64,000 nt of DNA from Kudoa neothunni (lineage: Eukaryota; Animalia; Cnidaria), in assembly GCA_964304625.1 (NCBI GenBank), contig OZ199840.1, forward strand, positions 1,776,532-1,840,531, written 5' to 3'. The notes beneath the pieces are model-generated. The model was not told the origin of the DNA. It searched no databases and saw only the letters and a program-made list of their open reading frames with translations. Shown here in pieces: positions 51,256-64,000 of this stretch (positions within the stretch are counted from its first letter, which is position 1; every line of letters starts with the position of its first letter). Position numbers and translations under genes: made by a program.

Positions 51256-54200
51256 TCATAAAATTATAGCCACGCCAAAAAACTTTAGATACGCAGCGAA
51301 TTGATTAATTACCTTGGCAACAACTTTTTTTAGAAAAATAAAATTTGATTTGAGTGGAGGAGACGTGTTACTGACCACATTCGGCGCAATATGAGTCCAC
51401 TTGACGGCCCAATTGGTGTAGGAGTTTTTCATTTCACATTCAAACAAAGGCCAGAGCCATGTGATAATGGGTTCATTAGATTTTAGCACAAATTTTTGAA
51501 ACATGTTTACTTTGGTGATTGGCACACTGCTTGAAGTGAGCTATTATTGGTTGATAACAATGTTAATTCCATCGACATACACACATAATTTTTAAGACAA
51601 AATAAACTACCAAATAATTAAGGTATTTTTGGTAGCATTCAACAACACTATTTTCCATATTTAAGTTGGAGTTTTGGGGATTCATTTGGAGTTGGATGAA
51701 AGGAAAGGCACTTTGTCTCACCACCATGAAGGGGTTTTTAATTCGAGATGGTTCAGGCTGGAATAATCAGAAAGTCAATATAACAGCAAAATACACAACT
51801 AACACTACTTTACTGAAAGCAATAAGCGCGGTACGAAAAGAGTACGCTTTTATAAGTGTGAATGAACATTGCACGAGTTGACCACGTAGAAAATCCCACA
51901 GCAACTCCAGCGATGAAATCACATGATGGGGAGACGGTGTTTTAAAGTCGCGACTCACAACCGACTCAAAACATGCATGTAACACACTAAAACAATCGAA
52001 CCATTGAGTGTATTGATTTTGAGGGTTGGCGAATTGGGATCTTTTTACACCGTAACAATCTACGCCACAAAACTCCAAATCCACATTACAAACATAAAAA
52101 TCACCTTCAATCTCAACCGAATCCATAGAGATAAACTTAAGCGCTATCAAATGTCTAAAGGAGAAAATTTACTAAATAATAAAAAAAATTTAATAACTTA
52201 TTGTTAACTAGAAGCTTAAAACACTCGGTACCATGAGATAGATCCACCAAAGCATTCGTGTGTACGGTGGGATCAGCTATTTTACTTTGGTAGTTGCCCA
52301 CTATCACATTCGAGTGGTTTAGCGATTCGCAGATTCCAATAATACAAATTATTTTCTTTTTCAACGTACTCTTAACACTCAACACCACCAACGAAATAAA
52401 TACCATGATATTGTAAATAATATTTTCTCTGTTTGACCAGGAAACTAACTTGCTCAGTAATATTTGATGAAAAGCTAAAATGGGGCCTTCTACCTCATAG
52501 TCCGTTGGATTAATTTTAATCTGAACAATTAAATTTCAATTATTTTCTAAAAAACAAAGAGCGTACTTTAAACTGAGGATATCTACTAGGAAAAATATCA
52601 ATCGAATCTAGATTGAATACTATCTTCCATAAATATTTAATGAGTGCTAATATAATCATCAGAAATGATTGAAAACAATTCTGAGTTGAAGTAAAAGTTT
52701 ACTTTTGCTCGATATCAACGTTACAAGCACCACAACCAAACAAACGTGGTCTACGACAGTAGTTGCTACAGTGTTGGCAAGAGAGTCGCCTTGTTCAATA
52801 GGATATTTAACTGTGGTAGTATCAGTACAATGAAATGTGATAATAGACTTTTTCCCATCTATACACAACGATGTAATAAAAATTCCTTATGGGAAATTAA
52901 AAAACTAACCCGATGAATGGAGTTGGAGGGAAAAAAGGCCATTTAAAAAGTCAAAAAGTGACTGTTTATGATTGATAACAAGAAATAGATGTTTGTTATT
53001 ATTAACATTGTCCCAAGTTTAAAAAAAAAAAAATAAAAAAAAAAAAAAAAAAATATAAAAATAAATAAAAAAAATAAAAAAAAAAAAAATAAAAAATAAA
53101 AAAAATAAAAAAAAAAAAAAAAAATAAAAAAAAAAAAAAAAAAAAACATTGGGACAACGGTTAAAATCCACCAATTTTATTAAATTCTGTTGGTTGTGTG
53201 TAGCATCTCCCAACACACAACTCAAGCTATTTATAGTTGGAATTGCAAAGTATAATCGATGAATATCGCTCATCCATTGAAGAAGGGAGTGACGGGATGC
53301 CAACTAAAATTAACATGCGTGTTAATTAAATTTCTAACTCTCAATAAATACACACACAAATTAAAGTGTGAAGTGTATTGTTTAAAAATATACAATTTCT
53401 AACGGAATTGAACCACGATGTTGACAAACCAATCGATTGAAGCTAGTTGTTTCGGAATTGGGGTCAAATATTTCCGAGATATTTTTTGTAGGATAGATAT
53501 TAAAGTTAAGCCTCTGACCATCGAAATTGTTATCAAATACCACCGAATAAGCCGTTCTGTAGAGATGTAAAACCAATGAAACCTTACTATGGAAACCAAA
53601 TTCCTCAATTTCTATGTTTTCACTAGGTGTTGGATGGGGAGAAGGTTGTGCGGTGTTATGTATAGACCAAGAGTTGGTGTACTCCGCCAAAACACTCTTC
53701 AACAACTCTATAACACTGTATTTGATGATATGATCGATAATAATGGATAGTTCTTGTTTTGTGTAGAGGTGCTGATAGGTGGTATCATTAATTTCAGAAA
53801 TATGAAAATTAAGTGTGTTCGACAGTTGGGACGAGATATTAAAAAAAGTAGCACCCATTAGTTGTTGGTTTGTTGACGACGACCTCGACAAAACTTCTTC
53901 AATATTGGCAGAAGTAACAGCAAAATCGCACGATGTTAAAATCTGATATAAATCCGTGTCGTACATAGCGTTTGATGATTTTATCATGTAAAATCCGCTA
54001 TTTTTATCAACCGAAATAGACAACTTAAATCCTAACAACTCCACCGGAACAAATTCAAAACAACACACTCCAACATTATTAGATTCATTGTCGTATATGA
54101 AATAACGACTGTAAGCAGGCGTAAAATTAATCAATTCATGCAGAGCCTCATTAACAAGTGTATCTATGCAGAATCTGATTATCTTTTTGGTGGATATTCC

Positions 54201-55790
54201 TTGTTTGATTGGATAGTTGAGGTATCGAGTGGAACTGTCGTCTGATGAGATATTCAACTGGATAAGTTTCTGATCCTTTTTATTCATCTCCAATTGAATT
54301 ATTTTTGTACATCCTTTCAAGGCGTCGCGAAATCGGGTGTATTTCTGATCCTTTTTCAACTGTGTCGCACTGTAGTTGTTGGTTAATTGATTCAGACGAT
54401 ACTGAGACAGACATTCGTCAACCGTGCTCAATCCACTCTTTATCAACACGGGAGATTTCCAAACGTTGAATCGAATCGAATCAGATTGATTATATTGGAG
54501 TAGATGAATATGTTTTACTGGTATCTCTTCAATCAGAGCACTCAGCTGAAACATTAATAAATCAATAATTAAATTATTAGTCAATTCGTTCATTGTGGTG
54601 TATAACACTTTCAACGGCTCTGAAGATTGATTCAATTGATTGTTTAATAAAGTTATTAGATGAGCCTCCTAGAAAAAAAATATTTAAACAGTTGCTCCTT
54701 CACAATAGTGTGATATCCACCTGTGTTTCAGTCACATTGTACGATGAAATTTCTGTTAAACATTACAAGCTGTTAAGAAAAGTAGTTATTACTGTCAATA
54801 TTTTCTGTCATAGGAAACAAAAATCTAACACTTAACACACTCCATGGACCTTCCAACGTGAGGTAGGCCACCGACACGCTGTAACGATAACTCACCTCAC
54901 ATTCCATCACACCTTTCTCGTCTAACACAAAACATATGAAAAATTATCAAAACCACATATTCAACCACTTACCTATACGACAAACGTCGTAATTTGGTAT
55001 GGAGTAGTTCGCATTCACTAGATGATGTTTGAGAGCCAACCTCAACTTAAATGCCATTTCTTTGTTGGCTTCCTCGTCAGTGGATGCATCCTGCTCGTCG
55101 TCAATGTAATCAAAGTCATTTTCCTTGATTTCTAAAAGAAAATCGGTTTATTCTGATTTTCTAATTATCAAAAAATAAATACTGTTCACGTCTCCGAGAA
55201 ACATTTTCTAAAATCAACTTATTGACAACAATAAAATTTTCTATAGGCATACGTAATAACAAGTGGGAAAATTTTTCGAGGGTTCCAGAACCGTTTTCAA
55301 ATCAATTAAAGGCACTCTATTGCCAATAATTATAATATTTGGGAGATAGAGAATACTTAGCTCCATAAAGAACGTTCACCACAAACGATGACATGCGGTT
55401 AGCTACTTCAATGTGCCGATCAGAACTGCTCTTTAGAAACGCACATAAAGCCTTTTGAGTAGATTTTTAATATTAGTTTTTAAGTGATAACTTAATACAT
55501 TTAATTTTTCAGTTATTCCTACATCCTTTTCGGCAAATTTAGCCAATACTATCAACTGAATAAATCTATTCTTTGCGACAGAAAAATGCTGAACCAATTT
55601 CAATTTTCTATCATTGTCTTCGTAGCGTGGTAAACTATGGATATTCAGTTGAACATATTGATTAGAATTATGGATACGATTTAGCCAGATGAACCAATTC
55701 TTTGTATTCGTAATTGATTACTGCCTTCAACAACGTACGAAACCGAATCGTATTCACCTCGGCATTTTTGACGTAAAATTCATTCAGACG
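51256..55790 (-). CDS. MED14: Mediator complex subunit 14 (divergent); multi-exon, start and some exon ends uncertain
   Basis: N-terminal exons read RFRTLLKAVINYEYKELVHLAKSLPRYEDNDRKLKLVQHFSVAKNRFIQLIVLAKFA, which aligns with the MED14 N-terminus (..YSELMVLTDLLPRKSDVERKIEIVQF..RQLFVRLLALVKWA). Downstream exons, including the 417-aa ORF, give the expected ~1300-aa size. Assigning the 3' exons to the same gene is inference. Confidence 0.8.
53006..53160. repeat. TTAA-flanked inverted repeats enclosing a ~126-nt (A)nT tract, inside a MED14 intron
   Basis: TTAA-CATTGTCCCAAGTTT[A-rich]AAACATTGGGACAACGG-TTAA. Confidence 0.7.
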
Positions 55791-57686
55791 ATGCAATAAT
55801 GTAGAATTTTTATCAATGTGCCCTATGTTAGATTTTCCCATTACATTTAATGCGCTTGCGCGTTATAACTGACATGTTCTACTTTTAAATCCGCGTGAAT
55901 AATAATCATATTCAGTAATTTAATACATTTAGAAAAAATATATTATTTTCTTTTTAATTTTAATCTGTTTTAAAACATTATTATTATTATTATTTGATTT
56001 TTTTAGTAAAATAATTTATTTTTCGATAATAAAGTTAAGCTTCGATACTGCGTAGTTTGACCTTAATTATGTTTTTTATAATTGGCTAAGTAAACGTATA
56101 ATTTATTAGATATGCCTAAATGGATATTTATCAAAAGAAATATTTTATCTTGTTATTATGTAGCATGTTCTTGAATTTTAAATAGTTTAATCGACAGATT
56201 AAATTAGAAAAAGCATGGTTAGGTCTCAATGAACTATAGAGATAAAAATAATCGAGTAGTGTAGGTCTTTATATTTATATCTGGCGCTAAAGCTGATTAT
56301 ACAAAATTTTTGTTAATTAGGTGATTTTAAATTCGATATCGTTTGATAATTTAAAAAAAAATAACTCAACTTTTAATTTTTTTTCTGGTCTAAACAGGAT
56401 GAAATCGCAAATTCAAATGCTAAAACATCTACAAAATAATTTAAAATACGAAAATAATGAAAATAACATTTACAAATGGATAGATTCGCCACGAGAAAAA
56501 ATAAATTTTCATCTAGTTTTGAAATTATTAGGAAAGCTTCTTTTATTGCGAAATATATTGGAATCAGTGATTTTAACTGAAGTGGAAGGTGGTATTTATA
56601 TCTTCAAGATGCGTTACGATCGGAAAAGTTTTGAGTTGCAGGGTGAAGAAGGGGAATGTTGATTAAATGTATTTATGAATAAGTTGGTAACTCGTCGGAG
56701 ATTCTGTCAAGATAGGTAATGAATGATCGCGCGTACATTAGATTGAGTTACAATCTTTATAAGCTACCATTAAAAGATACAATTCAGATAACATAGTATT
56801 TTTGGTAATTATAAGGCCTGTATCGAATATTCTTGGCGGTGATACAAATGCCACTTTTTAGCGCACTCATAAATAGGATAATCTAGTGGTAACCAAGATT
56901 TTATATTAATCTTGTTTTTGAATAAGTCGATTTTCTCGGCGGTCTGTGACACCTAAAAATTACTCATTTAGCGTGTTTTTGCGATTATTTTAATATAAGA
57001 ATTAAACGCGGAGTGCAAAAATTTAATATCAAGTAATAACTTGTAAATTTAGCCAAATCTTCCTTCAAGCAAAATCGTTCTCAGGTGCTATCTATCTCAT
57101 TTTGGTTTATAAATACTTACGAATTTTCTTATTCTTCACATATTTTGACACATTTGTTACTTAAAGTCATTAACATTATATTTTAATATAATTATTTGAT
57201 CAAAAAATGAGTTCCAGTGCTCCGTATTATGATGTTATATTTTACAGATCGAACAAGCTAATTTAATCGTACTTGCAATTAGTAAACGTTACTTTAATTA
57301 TTATTTATCATGTAACAATATGATTTTTAGTTTATAATTTTTTTCAGGACATTTTTAATTAGCAGATATAATTATATGAATATATTAATGTGAAAGTTTT
57401 AACATTAAAATTTAATGATTGTTTAATTTTTAAATTTAGAAACTCAATGAATTTAATAATTTATAGAAAAAATTAGGAACTAATATAATGTCAAGAAACG
57501 CCCAATGAAATATTGCAATTATCGAGATATAAAAGGTAGGATTTTTTTAAATTACTTCGTTTGAATAGGAAAAAAATTAAAATGATGAGATATAAATTTT
57601 CGTAAGTATTATGTATTAATTGAAACGATTAAGATGTAATATGTTGTCGACTGGGGAATTATTCAAATGCCACAAATATATTATAC

Positions 57687-58269
57687 TAGGGGGAGAATCT
57701 ATGACTCGCGAGCCTGATCTGGCTCTTCGGATAGCTGCATCTAGCTCTCTGACAAATTTCCAATTAAAAAGATGCTACGTTAGACTTCTTTGTGATTATC
57801 CAAAATGGTCACTACCGAAAATCGGTTACCTACTGTCTCACACACTGCAGCGTGTGAGTATTGCTGTAATGAAAATGTTTGACTCTACGCTTGCATGTAA
57901 GCAGTCTTTCTACATCTAAAAGACATTAAGACCAAACTATGGTCCCGTTTAATGGATTGAAATCTCAACGATTGCATGAAGCTTAATCTTACCACGTTTT
58001 AATCACACTACAAAGCCATCTGCAAAACCATGCACAACCATAAGTCGCTTGGATGAAAAAAAAGATTCTTGATTGATTGGCAATAGCGTAGAAATTCTAT
58101 TAAAAAGAATACAGTAACTTATTTACTTTAAAGTTTCGTAATTATATAAAACGCGTACAAGTATTTCTATGTTTAATTTTAAAACATGTTGTATGACTCT
58201 CATGGAATTAGTTTATGAAAAATCTGTGGCCTTTGTGGCTCTCTCGCCAAAAAAAGTTCCCGACCCCCA
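57687..58269 (+). mobile_element. Internally deleted hAT (GTF2IRD2/Buster-like) retaining the dimerisation-domain coding remnant
   Basis: Ends TAGGGGGAGAATCTATGACTCGCGAGCC and GGCTCTCTCGCCAAAAAAAGTTCCCGACCCCCA. Translation HTLQRVSIAVMKMFDSTLACKQSF resembles hAT-C MFGSTYxCEQxFS. Degenerate TSD TATTATAC / AACTATAT. Confidence 0.88.
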
Positions 58270-58804
58270 AACTATATGCTTATTTGAATTTTTTCACCAG
58301 AAAACCAATAACTGGTTTTAAAAAATCTCCGTATTCGTGAATTTCAAAGAAAAAAATGGTAATATCGTCTATTTTCTGTTATAATTTTTAAAAAAGAAAT
58401 TATTTTCTAAATGTACACAAACATTTAATAATTGACACATACAAATTGTTGATTATTTTAAAAATACAATTCTTAAATGAATCAATAATAATCAATTTAA
58501 AATCAGATTATAAGGAAGTGATAGATCATTATTAATAACATTTGTTATAGCTTCAGTTATTTCCTGAATAGAGTAAATAAAGATATGAGAATTTTTAAAA
58601 ATATTTAACTAATTATTTATTATAGGTTTATATAATTAGACTGAATGTATTATAATATATCTCATTTTTAATAAAAAATTATAGTAAAAATATTCCGCTA
58701 ACATTCCTAAAAAACAATTATTTGCGTTATATAAAAAATATTTGAAATTATTATTATTATTGTTTTTACTATAATAATATAATAGTAAATCATCAAAATC
58801 TACT

Positions 58805-61800
58805 CTAGTTAGTATAAATTAATCTTCTATGAACTTCTCTGATTTCTATTTTTCCAGTAACCAAAGTAGAAACCAATTCCGATAAAAACGATAGCAGCTG
58901 GAACTACAACTGCAACAATTCTAAATGCAATAATTAAAAAAGTAATTCCAGGTTACTTTACATCGAATTTTTAGATCTAAATAAATGTATAATGATATTC
59001 ACATATTAAAATTACGTTGATTTGTTCGAGGCTTCACCTACATTTAATAATAATATTCAAATTATTGAACATTTGATACAACAATAAAAATAAACTACCT
59101 TGATTTATTTCCCCGATTCCATAGATACTTTCGTTTCCACTAACAAATACCGCCAAATGATAATTGTTGATGTCTTCGACCTCGGTAATGGTGAATTCAT
59201 TGCATGGAGGAAACACCCTACAACCTTCACCAACTATCATGCATTTTTTTATGATCGGATTAGACATATCTTCCGAATTTGTTAATTTCCATTTGCATAA
59301 CGAATTTGAATTCACGTTTTCTGGCAGTGTTGTTTTTACATTTAAAGTTTTGTCAACACGTGTGATCACCACTGTTATTTCCTTTTTAGGGTCCGAAGGA
59401 GATTTGAGAAGTGGGTCTAATTTAACCTTCGTTATTAAACTAGTAAATTACATTTATAACATAATTCATTTATTAATAAATTTGGATAATTTTTTTCAAA
59501 AGGTATATTTATTCGTAAATATAGATATAATTTTAGATGAAAAATTATTACTTTTAGGTATATTTATTGGAACTTCAACGGACCTGCCGACAGCAGTCAC
59601 TAAAACCTGGTATTCCTTTTCTGCTTCGTATCCTTCACTGAATACGATATTGCTACATAAAGGCAATGTTTGACAAGTAGGGATTCTGGTGTTGGTAGTT
59701 GTAGGTGTTACATTTGTTGATTGTTTGTCCGCCGATCTAGCCACTCCTATTTTAGAGAGTATTGATTTTGCAGGAGCACTTCCAGTATTTACTACTGGAG
59801 GCGCAGCAGGGCATTCGTATATTGAATCATATGATACGCCTCTCTTAACTTTTATTTTGTAATGACAAACGGCCGTTGGATATGGCGATGATAATGAACC
59901 TATCACTTGGAAACCTTTGTCCAAAAATTTCTTTTGAAGTGTAAGCGTTGACATTTCTTAATAATTATTTATTTAATTTCAAATAAGCATTTTGTTACTT
60001 GTGGTAATTTGATGAACTTTAAAACCGTAACCAGTGTGTGCAACTATCTTGAGATCATACTCCGTTCCTGGACTTAATCCCACAATAGTTTGAGGGTCTC
60101 TACAATATCCCCTGCATGGATAACTATCTGGACACATTGCACATACATAAACGTCCTTCCCTCTAGGACTGAGGTAGTAAGCACAGGTTATATCGTCTTT
60201 TGAAGGTGTGGCTGTCTCCTCAAGTGCTTTTATAGTTAAGCTTGTATCACGTATGGTTGGCGTAACGTCGAGAAATGTAGTTGTTTCGGCATTTTCTAAA
60301 TGATTCTAAACTTTTAATTAACGATTTATTTATACTTGTTCTGAAAAATATATGTTCTTTATAATCAGATGGAACTTCACCAGCTGAAGATGATGATGTT
60401 GTCGCCGCTTTTATTTCAAGGATATACGGTTTACCGCTTGTTAATTGTGATATTGTTAATGCTGCATCACATTTATCGTCACACTGTGTATTAGTAGAAG
60501 TACATGTTGCTCTTGTAGAAGCGGCAGTTGGTGCAGGTTTATCAGCAGCGTAATAACTTATGGTACATGTTGAAAATTTGGGGTTATCATTTGGATTAAA
60601 TAAAGGAACATTTAATGTAACACCAGTATGTGAGACAGCTGATAATAATTCGCCAGAACCATCATTAGCAATAGTTTCAGAAACAACTAAATATATTTGA
60701 TTAGATAAAGATCATTCTTTAATTACCAAATTTCTTCTGTTTGTATCCATAATAAGCATTACCATCAGCATTTTTTTGTAATGAGAAATGTCTTGTTTGT
60801 ATCAATATTTCAACAACGCTTTTAGAATTTGTGAAAATAAGCTCCACATTATTGCATGGGGCAAAACATGATTTCTCTGTCCCTCCACAATTCGACGTAT
60901 ATTCATTAGAAGAACTACTGCTAATTTGAGTTGATATTAGTTTAATTCCAAACCGGCAAATTTCAAATGGGAATTTATTTGTGAATTTTAATAAGTATTT
61001 AGTTTTCTCGGTGTTGCTGTACGTCACATAATACTGTGGTATATAGACACCGGTGTTCATCAAAGTATATTTATTTTGCAGTTTATAAAAGAAACTTGGA
61101 TAACCCGCGCATCTCATTTCATAATGTGGTATCATTACATCAAATTCTACTTCATTGGCACTATTATTGTCAATACAACTATCCCCAACTGTTCCTGCGG
61201 CATATTCAACATTCTTGTAATATATGGGGCATGCAACTGGTTTACATGTTTTCGTATTTAATTGCAGTTTATCTTGATTTGTTGATATTGTTACTTGCGG
61301 GTTTACCAACAAACCTATAAAAATATATAGAAGAATACTATATTCGTTAATTACGTAACTCTAACCCAAAAATCGTTGCGCCTGTAGTTTTTCCAGAAGC
61401 AGCTTGAGCCTCATTCGCCGCATAAACTACAATATATTTTGTCCTTGGGGAGAATTTATCATAAGTAATTTTATTATCATCTTTAGTGCAGGTAATAACG
61501 CATTTGTCAGTGCCCGGTCCATTTTCAGTTCCAGGGCATGGATTGATATCCTCATAATTATCACCGGCGTCATTAGACTTTTTAATATAGCAATAGTTCG
61601 ATGCGATGAATTCACCTCCATTCAATGTTAAATGAACTTTCATTGCATCATTATCTTTAAAAATTTTGTAAGATAGAGAGTTCACTGTCGCTGCTGGAAC
61701 AGCGCTCTGTTGGTCTTCTGCATTTAGTCGAAAAAAAATGGACTATTTCCAAATAAAAATAATTTCAACGCATTATAAATTTTTACAGTTTAAAGATGAT

Positions 61801-61833
61801 AAATATTCCAAGGAACCTAATAAAAGGATTCAT
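58805..61833 (-). CDS. Type I membrane protein with ~7 cysteine-containing fibronectin type III-like repeats
   Basis: Signal-like start MNPFIRFLGIFIIFKL. FN3 tyrosine-corner motifs IVGLSPGTEYDLKIVA, ISQLTSGKPYILEIKA, DKFSPRTKYIV, GYEAEKEYQVLVTA. TM IVAVVVPAAIVFIGIGFYFGYW followed by a short tail. Confidence 0.82.
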
Positions 61834-62849
61834 TATATTTAAGATAATCCACCCCGAAAGTTATTGTTCAATTCGATAAATCAAATGATCTGTAATCGAT
61901 ATATTGTACCGAATAGTTGTTCGATACAATTACATAACTTCTTTTATAATCTTTATATTCTCACAATATATCAATTAAATATAATAATTTATGTTTAATT
62001 TATTCTCATATTACTTCAGGCGAATACATGTTTCTCGTTATAATGATTATGATTTACAGTCATCTAAGAATTCTGAGAATTAACGGATTATTTAATTTTA
62101 AAGCAATCTAAATCTCAATATTTAACATTCATGAAACTGAATCATGGATAAGTAATGTAAGATATGCATACAATAATAAAAATAACTGAGTTATTCAGAA
62201 AATTATATATATATTTTTTATTTTAAACGACAATAAAATTATAGTATTTATTTAGATATTTATTGTCTATTTAATGGAATATTTTATTACGGAAAAATAT
62301 AAAAAGTATCTTAAGATAAAAAATGTTAGATCGGATATAGTGAAGTAAAAAAATAACTTACTATTACGAACGAGAAAAAATTTCAGCCGATAAATTCAAC
62401 GAATAAGTTGAAAATTTGGAATAAACAGCTTTGCACATATATTTTGCGAATTTTAAAATATTTCGTGTGTGAATAACAAAAAGTCATTAATACCGTAACC
62501 GTACATTAATATCTGGGAAATGCATTTATTTTAATCTTAAACACAATCAACTAGTTTACTTGAGTGCAAAATATTTTTTTAATAAAAAATCTAATGATAT
62601 TTTATCGATAGAAATCTTTCAATGAATTTATATCAATATAATAATACTTGAAAATTTATCAATTTTTAATATTAAGAATATCGAAGTCACAGAATAAACT
62701 TTAACCCCATAATTATTTCGCTGTATTATCTATGTTCAACGTAATGTTAGAAACTAGTCTACCTATAATGTATATGAGCACGAAAAATAACATTCTGAGT
62801 AAATATAATCCTCATTTTTACGAATTTTAGAAACAACATATGGTAATCT

Positions 62850-63950
62850 TAATAAATTACCAATTTTCCAGGAATAGGTTTTGAACGACGGCTTCTAGGT
62901 AATAAGTGTCGTAATACTCCTTCTAATTTTCACATGTGATTTTTAATTTTTCCAATTTATCAATATAAAATTCATTTTTATCCAATTTAGGTTACTCAAG
63001 ATATGTTTTATTCCTTGTTAAATTGGGCTTTAATTTTCACATAACCCCTCAATAAAAGTAAACAGAGCAGAATATGCTCAATCGAAATATGAATAAAATA
63101 TCCATTAAACAATTCAGCCACATCCGGGGTTAGATCCATCCTTCTTTAACTCTCTTTTGGGTGTTAAAAAGAGTCATATCATACTTGGAGATTTTGGTAC
63201 ATATTCTAACAATGGAACTACGTTAACATTTCTCAGGGCACGTGATTTTGTTTTAAGTATGTTCAATTCGTTAATTGGATGATTTTTTAATACAGAATAC
63301 ATGGATGATAGGCGTTTCACGTACAAAAGAAAGTGGTTATTGCTGTGATATTCATTTTTCAATCCTAATTTCTGAACTAAAAAAACACATTGATTGAAAT
63401 GGAAAATTCAATTTAATATTACATTTTGATTATTTTTTAAATGTATCATATGTTATCTTTTCAAGACCTAGAATATAATTCTCTGAAAATATACGTTCTT
63501 TTTATTCTATATCATCCTTAACAATTGGGGTGTGTAATCATATTCACTTTTCACAACCATTAGGGGCACATGAACGGGAAAATTCACTAAAAGATTTTGA
63601 CGTGAGTAGTGTACAGTTGATAAAATTCCATCAAAATTCCTTTAAATGATGCAACCGCAGTCTATAAATCGGTATTCATAAAATTTGCAATATTCTCTTC
63701 ATTAATAAATAGAATTATTCCATTCGCTGAATGGGAACCTGAATCATGCAAACGAAATGGTTCATTTTTGAAGATTAATATATTGGATTCGGTCAGTCTC
63801 CTTTCTATGCTGATTTTTATATTACTTTTTTTTAATATTAATGTAAACATTTCATTTTTAAATTAATAAGGTATCAGCAATAATTTGTTTTATGGTAGAT
63901 AATGCAAACACCTGGTTTGTCGGGAAATGCATATTTTCGGTCGAACGTTT
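62850..63950 (-). CDS. Possible 3' part of an uncharacterised multi-exon gene entering from the right edge
   Basis: Several short, GC-richer open segments (EPFRLHDSGSHSANG, EYHSNNHFLLYVKRLSS, VLKNHPINEL..EYVPKSP, MDLTPDVAELFNGYF) separated by intron-like AT tracts. Confidence 0.4.
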
Positions 63951-64000
63951 AATTTTTTTCATTAACAAGTTTGAAATTTTATTTCAACTTCAGGTACTAT

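Noticed and set aside
52943-53149. Poly-Phe ORFs
   Set aside because: Translation of the A-rich tract.
59164-59673. Plus-strand ORFs over the FN3, Kunitz, RapGEF and MED14 genes
   Set aside because: Antisense to well-supported coding exons.
1-64000. CRISPR arrays, tRNA/rRNA genes, prokaryotic operons, alternative genetic code
   Set aside because: No regularly spaced repeats or cloverleaf/rRNA motifs seen. Genes are spliced, and in-frame stops are explained by introns or TE decay.

Overview
Very AT-rich eukaryotic (metazoan) genomic DNA with mostly short (~40-110 nt) GT-AG introns and strongly diverged proteins. This is consistent with a reduced parasitic animal such as a myxozoan cnidarian, but that assignment is inference. 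Genes: two paralogous EamA/DMT transporters (+), a tandem pair of secreted five-domain Kunitz proteins (-), a PDZ-GEF/RAPGEF2-6 orthologue (-), MED14 (-), a type I membrane protein with ~7 cysteine-containing FN3-like repeats (-), an orphan type I membrane protein (+) and two uncharacterised multi-exon genes. Intergenic DNA is full of decayed, often nested DNA transposons (piggyBac, Buster/Charlie-type hAT, Merlin, pogo/Tigger) plus one structured SINE-like retroposon. Main observations: (1) hAT MITEs sit repeatedly at the same register, 2 bp inside piggyBac termini, so their TSD rebuilds the piggyBac end; (2) the Kunitz paralogues look identical over ~1.58 kb including introns yet have divergent tails, and only one of five Kunitz domains is canonical; (3) an apparently undescribed 4-Cys FN3 variant; (4) a hAT resembling a family I recall as horizontally transferred among vertebrates. 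All alignments were done by eye, and boundaries given with ~ are approximate.
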